NCBI RefSeq assembly: GCF_009914755.1
Contig: NC_060932.1
Strand: one strand, 5' to 3'
Origin: the human T2T-CHM13v2.0 reference genome, Homo sapiens
DNA length: 64,000 nucleotides
Positions 57,868 to 64,000 of the stretch are shown in pieces; positions within the stretch are counted from its first letter, which is position 1, and every line of letters begins with the position of its first letter. The notes under the pieces are model-generated. The model had not been told where the DNA came from, made no database searches, and saw only the letters and a list, made by a program, of their open reading frames with translations. The position numbers and the translations under genes are program-made.

Positions 57868-58666
57868 TCCCTTATAAAACTTCAATAGAAAACATTTAGT
57901 GAGTATCTTGATTATAACTTAGAATATGTGCACATTAGTAAAATAACCAGATACACTACAGAACTCTCTATTGGCTCTGTTATTCCCAGGACAGATAGCA
58001 GTGACAGTGCATTAGATTTTAATAAGAAAAGCAAAACTGTAAACCTTGAGAAATTTTAAAAAGCGTGGTTGAGGCGTATTTTTTCATAATTATATACTTA
58101 CCTATTTATTGCCCTTGGAAAATATATGTGTAGAAGTTTTTCTCCTGTTATTTGTTGTTATCTTCTGAATTTGTTCCAAAGATCATACTGCCATACTGCA
58201 TTCCCTCTGGAAGAAAACAAACAAACAAAAAAAACTCACTCAAAACCAGCAGTGCTGCTATCGGATAGTAGATGTCAAGGTATACGTATGAGGAAAAACT
58301 AAAAAATGTAATGTGTTTGTTAATTCAACCTTTTTCTATGTAATATTTCCAGGTCAGACTTTTTTACCTTCCTGGAATTCAGTTTTATATACCAAAAGTA
58401 ATAATGATAAAATATTCGCTTTGATTACTGTGGGGGAGGAGGAGGGATGAAATATTCAATTGTATTAAAATAAACACACTTCTCAGAGATACTGGTTTCC
58501 TGTCCTTGAAGGTTATGAATAATTTAGAGCTATTGTATTTTTTTTCTTATGTTTTGCCCAAGGTAGCATATTATATATCCAGGTATTTCATTGCTGGTTT
58601 GGGTACATAGGAATTTGATAGTAGTATATTAAAGTCTTTCCTTCACAGTAAAAAAATAATAATAAT
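57868..58666 (+). pseudogene. 5'-truncated retrocopy (processed pseudogene) of an mRNA 3' UTR; parent not established
   Basis: Sequence not recognised as a TE. ATTAAA at 58628-58633 lies 16 nt before the A-rich tail aaaaaaataataataat (58650-58666). TSD aaagttattgt at 57857-57867 and 58667-58677. The left site is ttc/aaaa, an L1-EN-like site. Confidence 0.8.
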
Positions 58667-59915
58667 AAAGTTATTGTCTCTGGAGAGCTTTATAATTCAA
58701 AGCTTTGTTACAGTGCTAAACTAAATAAACATTATATTCTTTTACTGAGAGTATTTATTTATACTCTATAAAATTTTACTTTATAAAATATATGTTGTTC
58801 AGGTACTAGAAATGCTTTATTCTAGAAAGAATACTTTATGTATAAAGAGCTTATGTGGTGCCTAGTGCCGTGGTTAGTACTTGATATATATTACTTCGTT
58901 TTCTTCTTTCTTCTGGTAAATGCAAAGGCATATTTAAGGATCAGTGGACATGTTCATAGGACACGTATATGGCAGGAATAAAGATACTTCTCACTTATGT
59001 TCAAGTAGGGTGAAGTTTGAAGAAATAATGCCAGCTTTTACACACAATAGTCATTAACAAACAAGTTGGCCAATTCTGCAAAAGCTGAATGAATAGAACT
59101 TACTCACACTAAACAAAAAGCTTCCATCTATGGGCCATGAGCAATTTTAGGGAGTTCTGACTTCTCACTCATTTTATTTATCTATGAGTTATCATTCTAA
59201 GGAGCATATTTGAATGCAAATTTATTGAAATAATTCCCCATGGGAGGCAAGAAAATAAACATACCCTGGCTATAAAGATTTCTTGAGGAATAATAACCAA
59301 TAATTTCAGAGTTATTTCAGAGTTTCAGAGTTATTTTACTCTGTCACTTTTTGGAGGACTGAGAAATTTCCTACCTTGAACATTTACAAATTCTTCATTG
59401 CCGGAGCAGAAAGTTTTATCTCTTGTGTGACCTTTCCTCAATCTAGAGAATGAGGGCTATCACTCCATTGCTGAAAACAAAAAAGATTTGAGGACTTATT
59501 GGAGTGGAGTGTAAATGTTTATAAATACAGAACAGATTTGGTTGTTGACTCCTAGTTCTCCCAAATGTCTGAGTCTAATGGTACTCTGCCATGTATTAAT
59601 ATTTACCTGTTAGACTTGCCTGCTATCCTCAAGACACATCTGATAGGAGGTGAACTGGGAAGACTCTCTCTTTCAGGCCTTTGAATTGAATAGAGAAAAT
59701 CTTGTTTCTTTGCATAGCATTGGGCAACATCAAAAATAAGGATTTGAAATTAAAAAATGAAGGGAGGTATAAAAACAAACCATCTCTCTGATTGGCTGAG
59801 CTGCGCCACTATTGAAACACAAATAAAATGAATGCCCAAAGTAAGGTTCATATCAGGTAAATTTTCAGGATGGACACTTATTTTGAACAGCTGCTTCTTT
59901 CAAATTTGCTGTTAA

Positions 59916-60244
<329 letters not shown>

Positions 60245-60940
60245 GCAAACTAGGCATTTTCTTCTTTGTATAAATTCAAATGTGTTAAAGTGTATTCGTA
60301 TCATAGAAGAATGATCTAAGGAAATATGGTAGCTTCTCTCATATTATTAATGTAAGAGCTAGTAATACTCTTTAACAAAGAGTCGACATACTAATCAACT
60401 TCCTCTTAATAGAGTTGTTAGATTAAATGATATTATCCTTTCCCTCTATTGACCATACTGGCTGAAGCCCACAGTATCCTGAAAGTTCATGATTAGCAGG
60501 CTCTTTTCTAGTATGTCCACATACTTCTATTCCCATTGAATGAGTTGAATACATATCAAGAGTCACCTAAACCAGTTTATGTCACTACATTTTAGAGTCA
60601 TTATGTCATTCACTTAAATATTAATCAAATCTATTAAATATGAGCACAAAAAATTATTTCTAAGAAAAAATAAGCAGTGTGCTTTACAAAAACGTGAATG
60701 GCTTACACCATAAAAATTGTTATAGAATATGGATGGACAAGAAAGGTGTGAAAAAAAAGGTGTTACAATCTGTATATACTCTGTGCACTTAGGTTGCTTC
60801 TCAGATGTCTTCACAGATTCTGCTCTGACTTGAAGAAAGCAAATGTGGAAATTACAGATGCATTGTGGGTATGATTTTCATAAAAGAGATTTAGATTTAG
60901 AAACCTGACATACAGATTCATAATCAGTGGACTCATACTA

Positions 60941-61346
<406 letters not shown>

Positions 61347-61890
61347 TTACATAAAGTTACATTAAATATTTATGTATTGTTCTTCTCTTTAACTGACTTT
61401 TTGATTAATTGACCAATTATGGGTTTGAAGCTGAGGAGTCTTCTACTGTTCAGTGAATTATTTTTTGGCCTAATAAAAATGCTGTGAGGAATGTAACAGA
61501 AAAATTATTGTAATTTAGATATAAGTTGGAATTCCCCTGTTCAGAAATCTAGTTAAAATTTGCTTTAAGCTTCACTTTCTATGTTCTATGGAAACTCAAA
61601 GCAGTCTGTCCTGTTTTTCTTAATTTATAGCTTTTCTTGGCTATCTCGGTTTGTGGCCCCTGAATCTACATGTAGTTCTGGTGTCATAATCACTCTTCAT
61701 TCATTACTCTATAGATATTGAGGATGTTATATAAAATATGGATGCAAAGACTTTAGCACAATTCCTGGTACTTATTCAAAGATAGTAGCTGTTGTTGCAT
61801 TAATATTGTTATTATTTTAAACCATGAAAATAACTGTGCAAAATGGCATCATCCCCACTGTATCTGTTAAAAGCTAAGACTTGGAGAGGT

Positions 61891-61930
61891 TGTGTGTGTG
61901 TGCATATGTGTGTTTGTGTGTGTATGTGTG
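61891..61930. repeat. (TG)n microsatellite within a degenerate MIR (~61848-62006, minus)
   Basis: tgtgtgtgtgtgcatatgtgtgtttgtgtgtgtatgtgtg. Confidence 0.85.
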
Positions 61931-62336
61931 TTTTCACCCAGGTTGCACAAAAGTCAGTCCAGAATTTTAACCTGGGCATTCTCGCTCTAAAGCGTGAGGT
62001 CTTTGCAATGTGTCTATAATGTGATGAGGGAAATCAAGTCTTCCTTAAGTGCACACAGAAGGGCCACCTATCCCTGACTGGGGGAAAAATGTGTTTCCAA
62101 TCTTCTTCCCAGCACTAATAGAATACGAGTTTTCTGTTCCAGTCTCAATGGATTAGTTATTTCTTTCTGACCTTCATGTCTTGGCTGGTATTTCTTGTCT
62201 CTTTTGTTCTTTCCCACCCTGCAACAGTCCATTTTCCATTGTAGAAATCCTACGCATTTTTAATGGATCCTCATAGTCTCCCCAAATCCTCTTTGTTTAA
62301 GCAGTTATTTTATAATTATTGTTACTGAGGATAGCC

Positions 62337-62549
62337 ATAATAATACTTAAATTAATGATCTCCTCTGTACTAGGCAGTGTGCTAAGTAGAAAATGTGGTG
62401 CACAGGGTCCTCCACGAGGTTGTTGTATGGATGAAAAGATTAAGAATCAGGAATGTTAAAATCCTAAAGCCACACAACTGTTAAGTGATATAGTGGAATT
62501 TGAACCCAGAAATTCTGACTCCGGAGTCCACATTATTACCCACTGCATT
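62337..62549 (-). mobile_element. MIR
   Basis: tgtactaggcagtgtgctaagt...cctaaagccacacaactgttaagtg...ggaatttgaacccagaaattctgactccggagtcc. Confidence 0.8.
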
Positions 62550-63769
62550 TCATTTGGTGAAGGAATTCTCTCAATATAGCTAGCATTTATTCATAGGAAG
62601 CCTGGGGCAATTTATCTTTTTTCTAGGACTAGTATATCTATAAAGCCCAATGTGAGGGTGCTGCCTTGAAGGTGAAATCTTTTCATAAAGCAAAAGAAAT
62701 AATTCTTGAGCCTCCAGACTCAGGGAGGTTTGATTACAAAACTAGGATGTTCTTGGCATAAGAACAGAAACATGAAAAAATTATGAAGCTGTTATTAATT
62801 GCAAAAGAAAACGCCCTTGGAAAGACAATAACCTAGGCTTCAGAGATAGAAGAAAGTCAAAGGAAATTTAGAGTAAAATAAATTTCAGTGGAATCTTCTT
62901 TCCTTCTCCCAAACAATTGCCATATACAAGTATATTTCTTAAATACTCAAGTCACAGAAAGCTATTTTTGCCATGTTTTTTGTCTTTACAAGTGAGTAGG
63001 TTTCTTTGGTCTATCTTATTTCTTATTTAAAAAATAATGAATTAAATGCATGTAAAGACATCTTCCATAAATCCTCCACAAAATTTCAGACAAGGACAAA
63101 AGGAAGAAAAATGTATAAATTACTGTATTAAACACAATTTGTTATTAAGCTGCATAAAAAGTTTTCTTCAATTGTATAAAAGATCTTTGTGAAATATTTC
63201 TGCTGTCCTTGTTTTCCACATTGTATGAGTAGATTCTTAACCATGAACATAAAAATTCAGAGAATTGTTAAGTAATGCCTAATAAAAATGCCTGCCAATT
63301 TCTATTGGGTAACTGATGGATTGATGGATATTTAACAACTTGAATTGTTAACATATTTTGGCATCCAATATTTTTTCTGACACAAAATTAATTCTTTTTT
63401 ACTGCGACTAATTCTCTTCTTTCCTACTCAGCAGTCATGAGAATATTATTATTATTATTTTAATATTTAGGATTTGATATTTAATAAGTTCATAGAACTA
63501 TATAAATATTAAATTTGAAATACAGATTTCATGCCAGACAAATTCAAGAATGGAATGTAAGAACAGATTGCAAGCCTGATATCCTGAGTGTGTAGTATAA
63601 TGCTTGGTACATAGTAGATGCTCAAAAACTATGTCAAAGGCAAAGGAACTGAGTGCAAAGAGTAACAATACAATATATGTGAAAGAGTTCATGGTAAGCT
63701 CTTATATTAAATATGCTGTCAAAGTATGGAATCATTTACGAAAGTTGGTTTAGAATTTATATGACTACA

Positions 63770-64000
63770 TGATATGGTTTGGCTCTGTCTCCCCACCAAA
63801 ATCTCATGTCAAATTGAAATCCCCATGTGTTGGAGGAGGGGCCTGGTAGGAGGTCATTGAATCATGGGGGCAAACTTCCCACTTGCTATTCTCATGATAG
63901 TGAATGAGTTCTCATGACATCTGGTTGTTTAAAAGTGTGTAGCACTTCCTTGTTGACTCTCTCTCTCTCTCTCTCTCTCTCCTGCCGGCATGTGAAGAGG
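63770..64000 (+). mobile_element. MSTA-type LTR (ERVL-MaLR), runs off the window end
   Basis: tgatatggtttggctctgtctccccaccaaaatctcatgtc...tctggttgtttaaaagtgtgtagcac, with (CT)n. Confidence 0.92.

Noticed and set aside
59304-59336. Three copies of tttcagag
   Set aside because: Short slippage repeat; no evidence of function.

Overview
AT-rich, CpG-depleted primate DNA (human or ape, judging by AluY/AluYd3-type elements) from an intergenic or deep-intronic region. I see no credible protein-coding exon, tRNA, rRNA gene or CRISPR array. The ORF track is essentially Alu/L1/LTR antisense noise, plus decayed L1 ORF1/ORF2 and Tigger1 transposase remnants. The window is mostly transposon fossils: about 19 Alus, several L1 fragments, MIR/L2, MER20, MER47, a near full-length Tigger1, and solo LTRs (MER57, MSTB, MLT2, MER52, MLT1, MSTA). 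Three things stand out. (1) A ~3.7 kb MaLR provirus at 34857-38549 has discordant LTRs: an MLT2/ERVL-type 5' LTR joined at the PBS to an MLT1A-type internal region and 3' LTR, with one near-matching 5-bp TSD around the whole. It may be a fossil of ERVL-MaLR co-packaging. (2) An ~800-bp retrocopied mRNA 3' end at 57868-58666 has ATTAAA, an A-rich tail and an 11-bp TSD. (3) A non-repeat GC-richer stretch at ~32620-33460 carries enhancer-like motifs. I found no new protein-based system. Subfamily names come from recalled consensus sequences, not a search, and boundaries of old repeats are approximate.
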